Shown here in pieces: positions 48,184 through 57,995 of a stretch of DNA of 64,000 nucleotides. The notes below the pieces were generated by a model that saw only the letters and a program-made list of their open reading frames with translations, made no database searches and was not told where the DNA came from. The stretch's first letter is position 1. Every line of letters begins with the position of its first letter. Both the position numbers and the translations under genes were made by a program. The stretch comes from an uncultured Gammaproteobacteria bacterium (GTDB lineage: Bacteria > Patescibacteriota > Microgenomatia > Daviesbacterales > UBA10151): the NCBI GenBank assembly GCA_964406775.1, contig CAYOSW010000005.1, positions 1,362 to 65,361 of the forward strand. Reading direction: 5' to 3'.

Positions 48184-48653
48184 TCACTTTCGTAAGTAAC
48201 AATCTCGCCCTCTGTGGGGTAGAGTGATTTAATTCTCTTTGGCGTTACTCCCTTGGATTTGTAAAATATTTCAGCAAATTCCTGCACTTTAGAAAGGAGC
48301 TGTCCTGCCGATTCTCTATCTATGTCCTGTTTGGCTTTTGACGCCAGTTTCATTATTTCAAAAACCAGTTGATGAAGTTCCGGGAACTTCTCCAGGTGTT
48401 CAGGCTTAAAGTAGTCGCCCCAGATTACCCTTACCTCGTATTTAATTTTTTCAGCGTGATCTTCTTTAGTCCGGGTAAGTCTGGCTATCTTATGCACATC
48501 TTCGCCGGCCTCGGACAATAAATCCGTCATTCTTATAACCGTATGTGCCGAAAGTTGAGCTTCGTGGGGGTCATATATTCCGCAGGGAATATCACAATGA
48601 GCGTAAATAGTACCTAACGGAAGAAATTTTATAATAAGACTTACAATCCGCAT
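48180..48653 (-). CDS. sodN: nickel superoxide dismutase precursor
   Basis: Ni-hook AHCDIPCGIYDP; KEDHAE, IWGDYFK. Confidence 0.95.
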   Translation of the reverse strand: MRIVSLIIKFLPLGTIYAHCDIPCGIYDPHEAQLSAHTVIRMTDLLSEAGEDVHKIARLTRTKEDHAEKIKYEVRVIWGDYFKPEHLEKFPELHQLVFEIMKLASKAKQDIDRESAGQLLSKVQEFAEIFYKSKGVTPKRIKSLYPTEGEIVTYESE

Positions 48654-48694
48654 AGTTAAAAATATAACACTTCGCATCACATTAACCAAGGATG

Positions 48695-49639
48695 TTATTG
48701 AGTCTTATCCGTAACAGACTGGTTCTCGAGATAATGCTCGACCTCAAAAGTCGCTTTTGTTCCCGCACCGGCAGCTGTCACCGCCTGACGGTATTTAAAG
48801 TCGGATACATCACCCGCTATAAATATCCCGGGGACCGAACTGAGTACTTCATCGCGGACCTTTACGTAGCCTTTTTCATCCAAATCCAAATGTCCTTTCA
48901 GAAAATCCGTTGAAGGTTTGTGCCCGATGGCGATAAATACCGCATCAATCGGCATCTCGGAGACCTGCCCCGAAACCGTATCTTTAAGCTTTACACCCTT
49001 CACCATATCCTCCCCCAATACCTCCTCTATAACTTTATTGAAAAGGATTTCCACATTGGGCTTTGATTTAACCAGATCCACAAGGGCTTTTTGAGCACGG
49101 AACTGATCTCTACGGTGAACTACATAAAGTTTTCCGGCAATCTTCGAAAGATGCTGAGCCTCCCTCATCGCGGTATCACCCCCACCGACGACGATAATAT
49201 TTTTTCCTTTGAAGAAAAATCCGTCACAAACCGCGCAAGCTGAAACACCCCTACCGATTAATTTTTGTTCTGACGGAATCCCCAACCACATAGCACTTGC
49301 ACCTGTGGCAATAATCACGGTTTGGGTTTTTATCTGCTGGGTTTCAGTCTGAATTAGATATGGCTGTTTGGAGAAATCCACAGAAACAACATCCTCATTA
49401 ATAAATCTTGTGGCAAATCTTTCAGCCTGGGCGCGCATTTTTGTCATCAGCTCCGGACCCTGAATTCCATCGGGAAATCCGGGGAAATCATCAACATCCG
49501 TTGTTAACATAAGCTGTCCTCCGGCCGCTCTTCCGGCAACAACCAGCGGATTTAAACCGCCCCGCGCTGCATAAATTGAGGCTGTTAAACCTGCAGGGCC
49601 CGATCCGACAATAACAAGTTTTTCCACTCCCTCACTCAT
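48695..49639 (-). CDS. trxB: thioredoxin reductase
   Basis: GSGPAG, GGQL, CAVCDG, GGGDTA, AGDV. Confidence 0.96.
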   Translation of the reverse strand: MSEGVEKLVIVGSGPAGLTASIYAARGGLNPLVVAGRAAGGQLMLTTDVDDFPGFPDGIQGPELMTKMRAQAERFATRFINEDVVSVDFSKQPYLIQTETQQIKTQTVIIATGASAMWLGIPSEQKLIGRGVSACAVCDGFFFKGKNIIVVGGGDTAMREAQHLSKIAGKLYVVHRRDQFRAQKALVDLVKSKPNVEILFNKVIEEVLGEDMVKGVKLKDTVSGQVSEMPIDAVFIAIGHKPSTDFLKGHLDLDEKGYVKVRDEVLSSVPGIFIAGDVSDFKYRQAVTAAGAGTKATFEVEHYLENQSVTDKTQ

Positions 49640-49690
49640 AGGATATTAAAAATACAGGATTATACTTACTTTCTCAAGTACTTACCGGTT

Positions 49691-49951
49691 TTACCGTTTA
49701 GTCTTTGCGGAAGGCGAGGCCTGTTTAGAACTTCCGGATTTGGTCGCTTCTTTTGGATTGGCAGACGCAGACGCTACAACTGAAGGACTTGGCTGTAAAG
49801 AGGGCGAAGGAGCGATAGACGGCGCCATTACTACCTCAGGCGATGGTGTCGGTGCCGGTGTTGAAGCCACTTTGTCCCGAAGCCAAACTAAATAGGTGCC
49901 CAAAAGAATGATGATTAATATTATTACTACTATTGTGATGTTCCTACTCAT
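49691..49951 (-). CDS. small membrane protein with P/S-rich tail
   Basis: TM helix; GGAGG-type SD upstream. Confidence 0.75.
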   Translation of the reverse strand: MSRNITIVVIILIIILLGTYLVWLRDKVASTPAPTPSPEVVMAPSIAPSPSLQPSPSVVASASANPKEATKSGSSKQASPSAKTKR

Positions 49952-50045
49952 ACAGTTCCCCTCCTCCCGGCAGCTTTGGGGCTAGTATAGACTTACACCT
50001 CCCTCTTTGACAAGGATCAAAAATCACGTATATTGAGTATCTAAA

Positions 50046-50603
50046 ATGGACAAAAAAGATGTTTATTTCGAACCCGGTTTTAAACAGTATTTAATTTTTT
50101 TTGAGCAGGCAGTCATAGATCCCGCATTGTTTGCATCAAACCTAAAGAATTTAAATCTGAGAAAAAGTTTTGCCTTTTTTCTTGTCAATGCACTTTGCTG
50201 GCTTATCCTTTCTTCCTTAATAAAAACTTTTTTCCTCAATAAATATTCACTATTTTTTGCAGTTTTATCTGAAACACTTGTATTACTTTTCCCGCTTCTT
50301 ATCACAGCCGTCTCTTTCGGTATTTTACTGCACATAATAGCCAGATTTTTCGGAAGCAGAGCTAAAATAACCAGTAATCTTAAATCGGTTTTTTTCTCTT
50401 CTATTCTATTACCTTTTTTTGCCGTACCCGTTTTTAAAACGCTGGCAGTGATAATCAGTATATTTATATTGATTTATTGTTTTAAGAATGTGAACCGGTT
50501 TGACCGCTTAAGGGCATCTCTTTCGGTACTGATACCCGCAGTACTGATACTGCTGGTTCTATATTCGACAGGAATATTAAATTCCAACCTGATTACCCGA
50601 TGA
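50046..50603 (+). CDS. YIP1-like multi-pass membrane protein
   Basis: about 5 TM helices, ILLHIIARFFG. Confidence 0.7.
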   Translation: MDKKDVYFEPGFKQYLIFFEQAVIDPALFASNLKNLNLRKSFAFFLVNALCWLILSSLIKTFFLNKYSLFFAVLSETLVLLFPLLITAVSFGILLHIIARFFGSRAKITSNLKSVFFSSILLPFFAVPVFKTLAVIISIFILIYCFKNVNRFDRLRASLSVLIPAVLILLVLYSTGILNSNLITR

Positions 50604-51328
50604 AACTGAGACTTATTGAAAAAAAACAGGAAAATAGCGATACGATTAGTTTCTTATTTAAACCTGAGGAAAGTTTAATATACAAAGCCGGGCAATATCT
50701 CCGCTATCATATTGCAAATCCTCATCCTGATGAACGGGGCGAAAACCGTTTTTTTTCTATTTCTTCTGCGCCTTTTGAAAATATCATCCGCCTCTCTACA
50801 AAATTTGCCCTGAACGGATCGACATTCAAAAAGGATCTTCAGGCTCTTTCCAGGGGCGATACGGTTGAGGTTTCCGGTCCCTACGGTAAATTCTCAGCAG
50901 AAAATACGGATAAGGAATACGTATTTATTGCCGGAGGAATCGGAATAACTCCATTCCGGTCAATACTGTTTGATTGGGATCACAATAATCTGCCGATTAA
51001 GGCGACGTTAATTTATGCAACAAGGAATCAGGAGACTCTCTTTAAAGAGGAATTATTAAATCTTGTGAAGAGACATCACGGTTTTAAAATCTATCAAATT
51101 ATTTCCGGGAATATTGAAAAACAGGCAAAGAAAACAAATCTTACACTATTAAAAGGAAGGGTCGATGGGAATCTTATTAAGAAACTCATCCCGGAAATGC
51201 AAGATAAACTTTATTACATCTCGGGACCTGAAGAAATGGTTATGGAACTTGAACAGGTTATTTGGAATTTAGGAGTCCCCGAGGAAAATACCAAACGCGA
51301 TTATTTCCCGGGTTACGGCAACTACTGA
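50600..51328 (+). CDS. FAD/NAD(P)-binding oxidoreductase (FNR-like)
   Basis: KAGQY, RFFSISS, GPYG, IAGGIGITPF, SGPEEMV. Confidence 0.93.
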   Translation: MKLRLIEKKQENSDTISFLFKPEESLIYKAGQYLRYHIANPHPDERGENRFFSISSAPFENIIRLSTKFALNGSTFKKDLQALSRGDTVEVSGPYGKFSAENTDKEYVFIAGGIGITPFRSILFDWDHNNLPIKATLIYATRNQETLFKEELLNLVKRHHGFKIYQIISGNIEKQAKKTNLTLLKGRVDGNLIKKLIPEMQDKLYYISGPEEMVMELEQVIWNLGVPEENTKRDYFPGYGNY

Positions 51329-52218
51329 TTCAACAATTTCAGGATTATTTCCCGGGCTAACTTTACAGTTTTTTCGCCCCCGGGTTTTTTAGGATTGATC
51401 TCAACCATATCCATAGAAACTTCCGGTCTTTTAAAAATCAGATCGAGAATTGCAAACACTTCATCTTTAAACCACCTTCCGTCCTCCGGTAACCCTGTTG
51501 CTTCAGAAACCGATCTGTCGAAGACATCGACGTCAAAATTAACGTGGATATGTCCGAAACGACCCAAGAAAGCATCTATCTCTTCAAGCCGTCCTTGCTT
51601 ATCTTCATTGAACTCCTCCCTGTTTATATTCCTGATATTATTTTCCCTATAGAAACGCTCTTCTTCCGTATTTTCCCCGTCAAAAATTATATCCCCAATC
51701 GCAAGTATCTGACCGGTCTGCATTTTACCCGGAACAAGCGAGTCAATATCAGGCTGATCAAATTTATCAAAAAAAGGACGCATATACATTCCGTGAAAGT
51801 TTTTTGATATGGATGTTTCCGATTGATGCATCTCACCGTGGGAATCAAATTGCACATATCCGACTTTACCGGGATCACCCATCCTTTCTATTACTGCCTC
51901 GAGGGAAGATAAAGTTACGGTGTTGTCTCCTCCTAAAACTATCTGTATCCCGCCTGCCCCCATATTTGCGTTGATCAAATCTTTAAGATCCTTTAATTCA
52001 CCGGCAATTATTTCCCAATATTTTTCGTGAGGTATTTTTTCAGGTTCGGTAAAAATAAAGTTATTTACCTGAGGATTTTGTACTTCTTTTAAAAATTCTT
52101 CAGTCAGTACTGCGTCAGATGCTTCTTCGACACCGAAATTAAATTCACTGTGCCTTATCGGAGGATGCGTTAAACCGATTCTGGATTTAACCTTAAAAAA
52201 ATACGGAGTTTTACCCAC
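51322..52218 (-). CDS. arginase/ureohydrolase family protein
   Basis: GGDNT, FDSHGE, NFHGM, FDVDVFD, VEINP. Confidence 0.85.
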   Translation of the reverse strand: MGKTPYFFKVKSRIGLTHPPIRHSEFNFGVEEASDAVLTEEFLKEVQNPQVNNFIFTEPEKIPHEKYWEIIAGELKDLKDLINANMGAGGIQIVLGGDNTVTLSSLEAVIERMGDPGKVGYVQFDSHGEMHQSETSISKNFHGMYMRPFFDKFDQPDIDSLVPGKMQTGQILAIGDIIFDGENTEEERFYRENNIRNINREEFNEDKQGRLEEIDAFLGRFGHIHVNFDVDVFDRSVSEATGLPEDGRWFKDEVFAILDLIFKRPEVSMDMVEINPKKPGGEKTVKLAREIILKLLNQ

Positions 52219-52237
52219 TTAGTGATAATATTGGAAT

Positions 52238-52411
52238 ATGTTAAGTCCCGCAACTCCCCAAAGCACTTCAAATTACTCACATCAAAATAAACAAAACCCG
52301 CGTCCGGATCAGCAACTTTGTCCCGGCTGCGGTTATATAATGGGAAGTCTTGCCGGAAGCCAAGATGCCGTCTGTAGAAATTGCGGTTTTAAGGATCCCT
52401 GTTGCGAATAA
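52238..52411 (+). CDS. small CPxCG-type zinc-ribbon protein, 57 aa (not in ORF track)
   Basis: ...LCPGCGYIMGSLAGSQDAVCRNCGFKDPCCE*. Confidence 0.75.
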   Translation: MLSPATPQSTSNYSHQNKQNPRPDQQLCPGCGYIMGSLAGSQDAVCRNCGFKDPCCE

Positions 52412-52473
52412 CTGCCGATTGTCATTATTCTGTCAAGAAATACATCCATCTTTACAGATAATTAACCAAATTA

Positions 52474-53493
52474 ATGGATAAAAATATTTTTGAGAACTTT
52501 GTAAAAACTTTTAATACTTCAACCCGGAAAGCGGCCATCGCAGCTTATAAGGAGATTCAAAAACTCCATAAGGAACAACCTGATCCGCAATCTAGAGATA
52601 ATAAAGCGCTCGGAAGATTAATTGATAAAGCCGCAGTTGAAGCAATGCAGGAAGTTTTTGAGACTCAGCCTCATTTTTATATAGAAATAAGAGGCAGTGA
52701 GGGCAGAAAAGATACCCGCAGAGACGGAATAGAGAGTCCGGATTTATACGGGTCTTACGGTCCTGAAAAAGGAGCCGTTGTAGAAATTGTTAATGATGCT
52801 GTTGAAGGAACAGCTTTTGCTTCAAGAAATGTTCCCGGAGCCGGTTCGGTTTTAACCGCTGCACTGAATCAACAAAACGGTTTAATTCAAACCGGTAATT
52901 TTGATTATATGAATAAACTTTTCGGACCTGCGCCTCTCAAAGGAAAAATCTCGCTCGAATTAAGTCCTTCGGAAAATATTAAGATCGCCTTAAAGGAATT
53001 AAAGATCCGTAACCCTGCAGATTTAGCCGTCGTTATTCTTGACCGCCCAAGAAATCAATTTGAAATTCAATCGGCAGAAAGTTTAGGAACGACTGTTATT
53101 CTCATTCCGGGAGGAGATCTGACTCCAGGACTTTTGGCTGTATCGGATCCGGGAATAATTTCCAAACTTAAAAACAGCAAGATTCCTCGGTTAGCTAAAG
53201 GAGTCCTTGTTATGGGCAGCGGCGGTTGGGAAGAAGGAATTATCGTTGCTGCGGCAGCTAAAGCTTCGGGAGGATTTGCCCAGGGGAAAATTTATTCCGA
53301 AGACAAAGAAGCGGTTGAACAGGCTAAAATTCTGGAGGTCAGTGATTTAGTTCCGGCAGAACCCGAATCTCTACTGGTAAGTCTTACCCCGATTACTGGC
53401 GATCCCTGGTTCGGCATTTCAGGCATATCAACTGAACTTAAATCTCATACAATTAACATAACTCATAAGGGCCTTGATATCTCGGAGAATTAG
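52474..53493 (+). CDS. glpX: fructose-1,6-bisphosphatase class II (GlpX-like)
   Basis: DKAAVEAM, SEGRKD, DAVEGT, YMNKL, ILDRPR, GG.EGI. Confidence 0.85.
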   Translation: MDKNIFENFVKTFNTSTRKAAIAAYKEIQKLHKEQPDPQSRDNKALGRLIDKAAVEAMQEVFETQPHFYIEIRGSEGRKDTRRDGIESPDLYGSYGPEKGAVVEIVNDAVEGTAFASRNVPGAGSVLTAALNQQNGLIQTGNFDYMNKLFGPAPLKGKISLELSPSENIKIALKELKIRNPADLAVVILDRPRNQFEIQSAESLGTTVILIPGGDLTPGLLAVSDPGIISKLKNSKIPRLAKGVLVMGSGGWEEGIIVAAAAKASGGFAQGKIYSEDKEAVEQAKILEVSDLVPAEPESLLVSLTPITGDPWFGISGISTELKSHTINITHKGLDISEN

Positions 53494-53542
53494 TCAGAAT
53501 GGTGTCTAGCAAATTAGTTATTTCTTTAGCATAATACTTTTT

Positions 53543-54517
53543 ATGGATGTTTCAGAAATTGCAAAAAAATTATCATCTCCCCCGGGAGTAATCGTCGCAG
53601 CAGATGAGTCACCTTCAACAATGAAGGCCCGCTTGGATGCAGTCGGTATACCCGATTCATTTGAAATGAGGGCTAAGTGGCGGGAATTAATTACCGGGGC
53701 CGATATCGCAGAGGCCGGCGCCACTGGAATAATCTTACACCCCGAGATGCTCGATGTGCCGGAGGTGATAAGCAACTTAAAAAAACATAATATTGTCATC
53801 ATCGTTAAAATAGACGGTGGGCTTTCCGATTTTAACGACCGGGGCGAACAGGTTACGAAATATGCTGAAAATTTGACGGAACTTTTGCAAAAATGGAAAG
53901 ATTTAGGAGCTTCCGCCACAAAGTTCAGAAGTGTTTTTAAAATAACCGATTCAACCCCTTCAGATGAATTAATTGCCGCAAATGCTAAGGTCCAGGCAAC
54001 GCTGGCAAAGATGACTCAGGATGCGGGTATGGTACCTATGATCGAGCCTGAGGTTTTAAGAGCCGGAGGCCACTCTCTGCAAAAAGATGCCGAAGTAACA
54101 AGTAAGGTTTTAGATACCGTATTCGAAGAAGTAAAAAAAGCCGGGGTTGATCTAACAACCTCAATACTTAAACCGAATATGATTACCCCCGGAGAAGATT
54201 CTCAAGATCAAGCGGATGCAGAGGATGTGGCAAAAGCCACGCTGAATGTATTAAATAATCACGCACCCAAGGAGCTTGCAGGTATTAACTTCCTGTCCGG
54301 AGGAATCAGCGATGAATTATCAGAACAATACTTGAATAAGATTTGCCAGCTGGCAAAAGAACAAGGCCAGGAAAATATAAGCGCTTCTTTCGGAAGAGCG
54401 ATAGTCGGGGCTCCACTTAAAATTTGGCTCGGAAAAGAAGAAAATATTGAAAAAGCCAGGGAATCTTTGGTGCAAAGAATTCAAAAAAGCAGCCTCGCCC
54501 GCCAGGGAAAACTCTAA
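53543..54517 (+). CDS. fructose-bisphosphate aldolase class I
   Basis: IVAADES, KFRSV, PMIEPEVL, LKPNM, FLSGG, SFGRA. Confidence 0.93.
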   Translation: MDVSEIAKKLSSPPGVIVAADESPSTMKARLDAVGIPDSFEMRAKWRELITGADIAEAGATGIILHPEMLDVPEVISNLKKHNIVIIVKIDGGLSDFNDRGEQVTKYAENLTELLQKWKDLGASATKFRSVFKITDSTPSDELIAANAKVQATLAKMTQDAGMVPMIEPEVLRAGGHSLQKDAEVTSKVLDTVFEEVKKAGVDLTTSILKPNMITPGEDSQDQADAEDVAKATLNVLNNHAPKELAGINFLSGGISDELSEQYLNKICQLAKEQGQENISASFGRAIVGAPLKIWLGKEENIEKARESLVQRIQKSSLARQGKL

Positions 54518-54987
54518 AAATAACCCAAAAGTTTAGTCGTCGAGTGTTCGGGAATCTTCTTTAAAACTACCTTAACTATACCGCCTGCCTCTCGGGCCTG
54601 AATTTTCTTTACTGACACATTAGGATCTCCTGCAGTTACCGCTATAATATCGGGAGAGATTTTTCTTACGATATCGTTATAATCTTCGCTCTTAAAAGGC
54701 CCCGGTAATGGCACCACAAAATCCACAAATTCAATCGCCGACAAAACTTTTGCCCTATCCCTGAGACTATTAACGGGCCTTTCTTTGCCCTTTAAAAGTT
54801 TAATCGCCTGATCTGATTCCAAAAGCAAAACCAGAACACCTCCTGAGCTTTTGGCTTTTTCCAAAAAGGAAATATGTCCGATATGTAAAATATCAAAACA
54901 TCCGCCTGCCAGAACTATTTTCTCGCCTTGAGCTCGATACTTTTCCAAAATAGAGACAATCCGCGAAACGCTGACAATTTTTTTCAT
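54514..54987 (-). CDS. adenylyl/cytidylyltransferase family protein (RfaE-II/TagD-like)
   Basis: GGCFDILHIGH, KGKERP, HSTT. Confidence 0.9.
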   Translation of the reverse strand: MKKIVSVSRIVSILEKYRAQGEKIVLAGGCFDILHIGHISFLEKAKSSGGVLVLLLESDQAIKLLKGKERPVNSLRDRAKVLSAIEFVDFVVPLPGPFKSEDYNDIVRKISPDIIAVTAGDPNVSVKKIQAREAGGIVKVVLKKIPEHSTTKLLGYF

Positions 54988-55023
54988 GCCTCAAATTCTA
55001 GATTTATTTGAGCCATTTTGCAA

Positions 55024-55311
55024 TCACGCCTGCTTCTTCTTCGGTTTTGCTTTCGTCTTAGTTTTTTTTGAACTCTCAGATTTACCGGCCTCTAATCTAT
55101 TCTTTACCGTCGCAGCCTCTTTTTGAACTATATCCAAAACATCAAATCCCTGTTTTTTCAAGCCCTCAAGCGCCTGTTCCAATTTTTTACGGTTTTTCTT
55201 ATTGGATAAGATTATCGCTCCCGCACCTACCGCTGCACCTAAAGCAGCTCCTGCAAGCGATGCAATCACGGGATTCACCTGACCTTTATCATTATTATTA
55301 TCTTCCGCCAT
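55024..55311 (-). CDS. YtxH-like small membrane protein
   Basis: GAALGAAVGAGA helix; GGAGGTG SD before ATG 55311. Confidence 0.75.
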   Translation of the reverse strand: MAEDNNNDKGQVNPVIASLAGAALGAAVGAGAIILSNKKNRKKLEQALEGLKKQGFDVLDIVQKEAATVKNRLEAGKSESSKKTKTKAKPKKKQA

Positions 55312-55362
55312 TTTCTTCACCTCCGATCTTTTTACTATCTTACCAGATAGCGTCAACAATAA

Positions 55363-55390
55363 TTGACAGTATCAGCCGCTAGATTATAAT
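55363..55390 (+). promoter_or_regulatory. consensus promoter upstream of msrA
   Basis: TTGACA-16-TATAAT. Confidence 0.75.
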
Positions 55391-55425
55391 CAACTAATGT
55401 TACAAATCATAAGGGGTTCAGAGTA

Positions 55426-55962
55426 ATGGAAATTGCTGTTTTTGCAGGAGGATGCTTTTGGTGCACCGAAGCGGTATTTAAAAGACTTAAAGGCGTTGAG
55501 GAAGTTGAATCCGGTTATTCAGGTGGACGGACGGAAAATCCTACTTACGAAGAAGTCTCATCAGGGGAAACAGGTCACGCTGAAGCGATACGGGTTAAGT
55601 TTGATCCCGAAATTATAACGTACGGACAACTTGTCGAAATTTTTCTTAAACTTCACGACCCTACAACACTAAATCAGCAAGGAGCCGATACCGGAGAACA
55701 GTACCGCTCAGCAATTTTCTATCTGAATGAAGCCCAAAAAGAAATTGCCGAAGAAACTGTGGATAAATTCAGCAAAGAAAAAATATATCCCGATCCGATC
55801 GTAACGGAAATCGTGCCTTTTGAAAAATTTTATAAAGCCGAAGGCTATCATCAGGATTACTACGAACAAAACCGGAATTCAAACGCTTACTGCAGAATAG
55901 TTATCGATCCGAAGATACAAAAACTTTACCGGGATTTTAAAGATCAAGTCCGCGAATTTTAA
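55426..55962 (+). CDS. msrA: peptide-methionine (S)-S-oxide reductase
   Basis: AGGCFWC, PTYEEV, GHAE, AEGYHQDY. Confidence 0.97.
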   Translation: MEIAVFAGGCFWCTEAVFKRLKGVEEVESGYSGGRTENPTYEEVSSGETGHAEAIRVKFDPEIITYGQLVEIFLKLHDPTTLNQQGADTGEQYRSAIFYLNEAQKEIAEETVDKFSKEKIYPDPIVTEIVPFEKFYKAEGYHQDYYEQNRNSNAYCRIVIDPKIQKLYRDFKDQVREF

Positions 55963-57986
55963 AGATCGAGCACAACACCGGACTTTGCGGGATCCGCTTT
56001 TAAAATATAGACTTTCTCTCCGTTATTCTCAAAGTAGACATCCGTATTCACATAGAACAGCTCCGGTCTGCTTTTATAAACGTTATAAATAAGCTCTCCG
56101 ATATCTTTTTTTGACACTCCCGGCTCCGGCAGGAGATATCTAAATCTGCGGATCTTTACGCCTTTAATATCCTCCGCCTTTTTCTCTATTCCCTCTTCAA
56201 AATCTTTCAGTACTCCAACATATCTGGGATAATCATCCGGCACTGACTGCCTTACGGAATCTCCCACCTGCAATGAAGAATTCTTAATAGTTACATTTTC
56301 CAATTCATTCAGAGTTTTCGGCCACTCAATATGTCTGGTTATCATATAAACCGCTTTACCGTCTCCCGGTTTTGCAACAGCCACACCCCCCCGTCTAATC
56401 ATCGATAAAGGGATCTCTCCCTTTTCTATGATTATTTTTTTATCCGGGCTGTAGCCAGGCCATAAATAATCCCATTTCCAAACCAACATTGTTTGGTTAT
56501 TTACCTCCTTAAATTCAAAAACAGGGGCAAACCCCAATTCACCATACTGGGAATCGTATTTAATTCCATATCCGACATCGGTCAAGTCCCCTTTCCGTTT
56601 AATATCATTTATTTTGACTTCAATTTTTTTCACTCCCAAAGTTTCATAGAAACTTTCAAGGTCTGAAATAAATTTTTGTTCGGGAATTGTTTTTCTCTGA
56701 TCCGGATCTATGCTTCTGTAAAGTTCGCGGTAAGCTCTTTTTGCAATAAAGCTCCCCACTGCCTCAGAGTTTGAGTAATAATTTTTGGATGCCATACTGT
56801 TTGTTAAAAAAGGAAGGTTCAATAGTGCGATTATTACCAAGATAAACCAGTATTTTTCCCACCGTGAATTTTTTCCAAAAAAATAGGAGGCTGATAAAAC
56901 AAAACCCGGAATTGCCGGCATTAAATACCTGGGCCAAAATGAAAGGAAAGTGTTGACGATTAAAAATATTAAAGTCACACCCGAAATATAAATCCACATT
57001 TTCTCCTTCTTTTTTAAAGCCAAAATTAAAACTATTACTGTCGCTAGAACTCCTATAGGTAAAAGAGGAGACCAGTCTCCTAATGTAATTTTTCCTATAT
57101 CCCACCAGCCCTGATAACTGTTCATAAATATGCCTCTCCATTGATTCAGATGATCGATATTACTGTCGGGGCTTAAGTAAAAATCCAGCTGTTTTTGATG
57201 TAGTTTAACCCAAGGTATCGGATTCGGGTGTCTCGAGAAGTAAGCGATATACGAAAGACAGTAGCCGGCAAAAACAGAGCCTGCATAAAAGACAGGATTA
57301 AAAAGCTTATTTACTATTTTTTTACCGTCCCAGACAAGCAGCAATAATCCGAGTAAAAGTATCGGTGGAGTGTAAACTCCGATTTTTGTACCAGTCGCCA
57401 AACCCAAAAAAATTCCCCCTATAGCTAGCGAGAAAAGTTTTTTGTTCTTCAAGTGTTTTACAAAAAAATAAGCATTTGCCAAGAAGAAGCAGGTAACAGG
57501 CAAATCCAGCATCGTATCCCTGATCTGGGTCGCGATGAATGGCGTGGTTACAAATATGAGCTGTGCGGCCAGAACTGTCTTCTCACTCTTAATAAGCAGT
57601 TTTAAGAAGATATAGAAGATCCCAATCGTTGATAGATAAATTACCAAACTTATCAGATACGGATTCGAAAAATAATATTCTGCCAATCCGTACAGATATT
57701 TACCGAAAGGAGGAACTTCGTAGTTCAGATAAAAAGTATTCTCACCCTGAACCAATCGGTATCCGACAAACTTGTAAAGCATCCCGTCCGATATACCTCT
57801 TGTACTTCCGGGTATATTCCACTGGGAATGATAGTAAAGATTTTCATAATATTCCGGTTCATAAACAAAAAAGAAAATCTGTCTTGAGAAAAAAATCACA
57901 TAGGCAACAGTTATTAAAACCGCTGTTACAAGCAATATATGAATTGTTTTTGCGGAGTGGTTAAAAAATTTTTGAAGCGGAAACAT
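55959..57986 (-). CDS. GT-C/PMT-family membrane glycosyltransferase with extracytoplasmic C-terminal domain
   Basis: NYEVPPFGKYL, MLD, GLATGTK, PRYLMP; many TM helices. Confidence 0.75.
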   Translation of the reverse strand: MFPLQKFFNHSAKTIHILLVTAVLITVAYVIFFSRQIFFFVYEPEYYENLYYHSQWNIPGSTRGISDGMLYKFVGYRLVQGENTFYLNYEVPPFGKYLYGLAEYYFSNPYLISLVIYLSTIGIFYIFLKLLIKSEKTVLAAQLIFVTTPFIATQIRDTMLDLPVTCFFLANAYFFVKHLKNKKLFSLAIGGIFLGLATGTKIGVYTPPILLLGLLLLVWDGKKIVNKLFNPVFYAGSVFAGYCLSYIAYFSRHPNPIPWVKLHQKQLDFYLSPDSNIDHLNQWRGIFMNSYQGWWDIGKITLGDWSPLLPIGVLATVIVLILALKKKEKMWIYISGVTLIFLIVNTFLSFWPRYLMPAIPGFVLSASYFFGKNSRWEKYWFILVIIALLNLPFLTNSMASKNYYSNSEAVGSFIAKRAYRELYRSIDPDQRKTIPEQKFISDLESFYETLGVKKIEVKINDIKRKGDLTDVGYGIKYDSQYGELGFAPVFEFKEVNNQTMLVWKWDYLWPGYSPDKKIIIEKGEIPLSMIRRGGVAVAKPGDGKAVYMITRHIEWPKTLNELENVTIKNSSLQVGDSVRQSVPDDYPRYVGVLKDFEEGIEKKAEDIKGVKIRRFRYLLPEPGVSKKDIGELIYNVYKSRPELFYVNTDVYFENNGEKVYILKADPAKSGVVLDL

Positions 57987-57995
57987 CCTTAAGAT

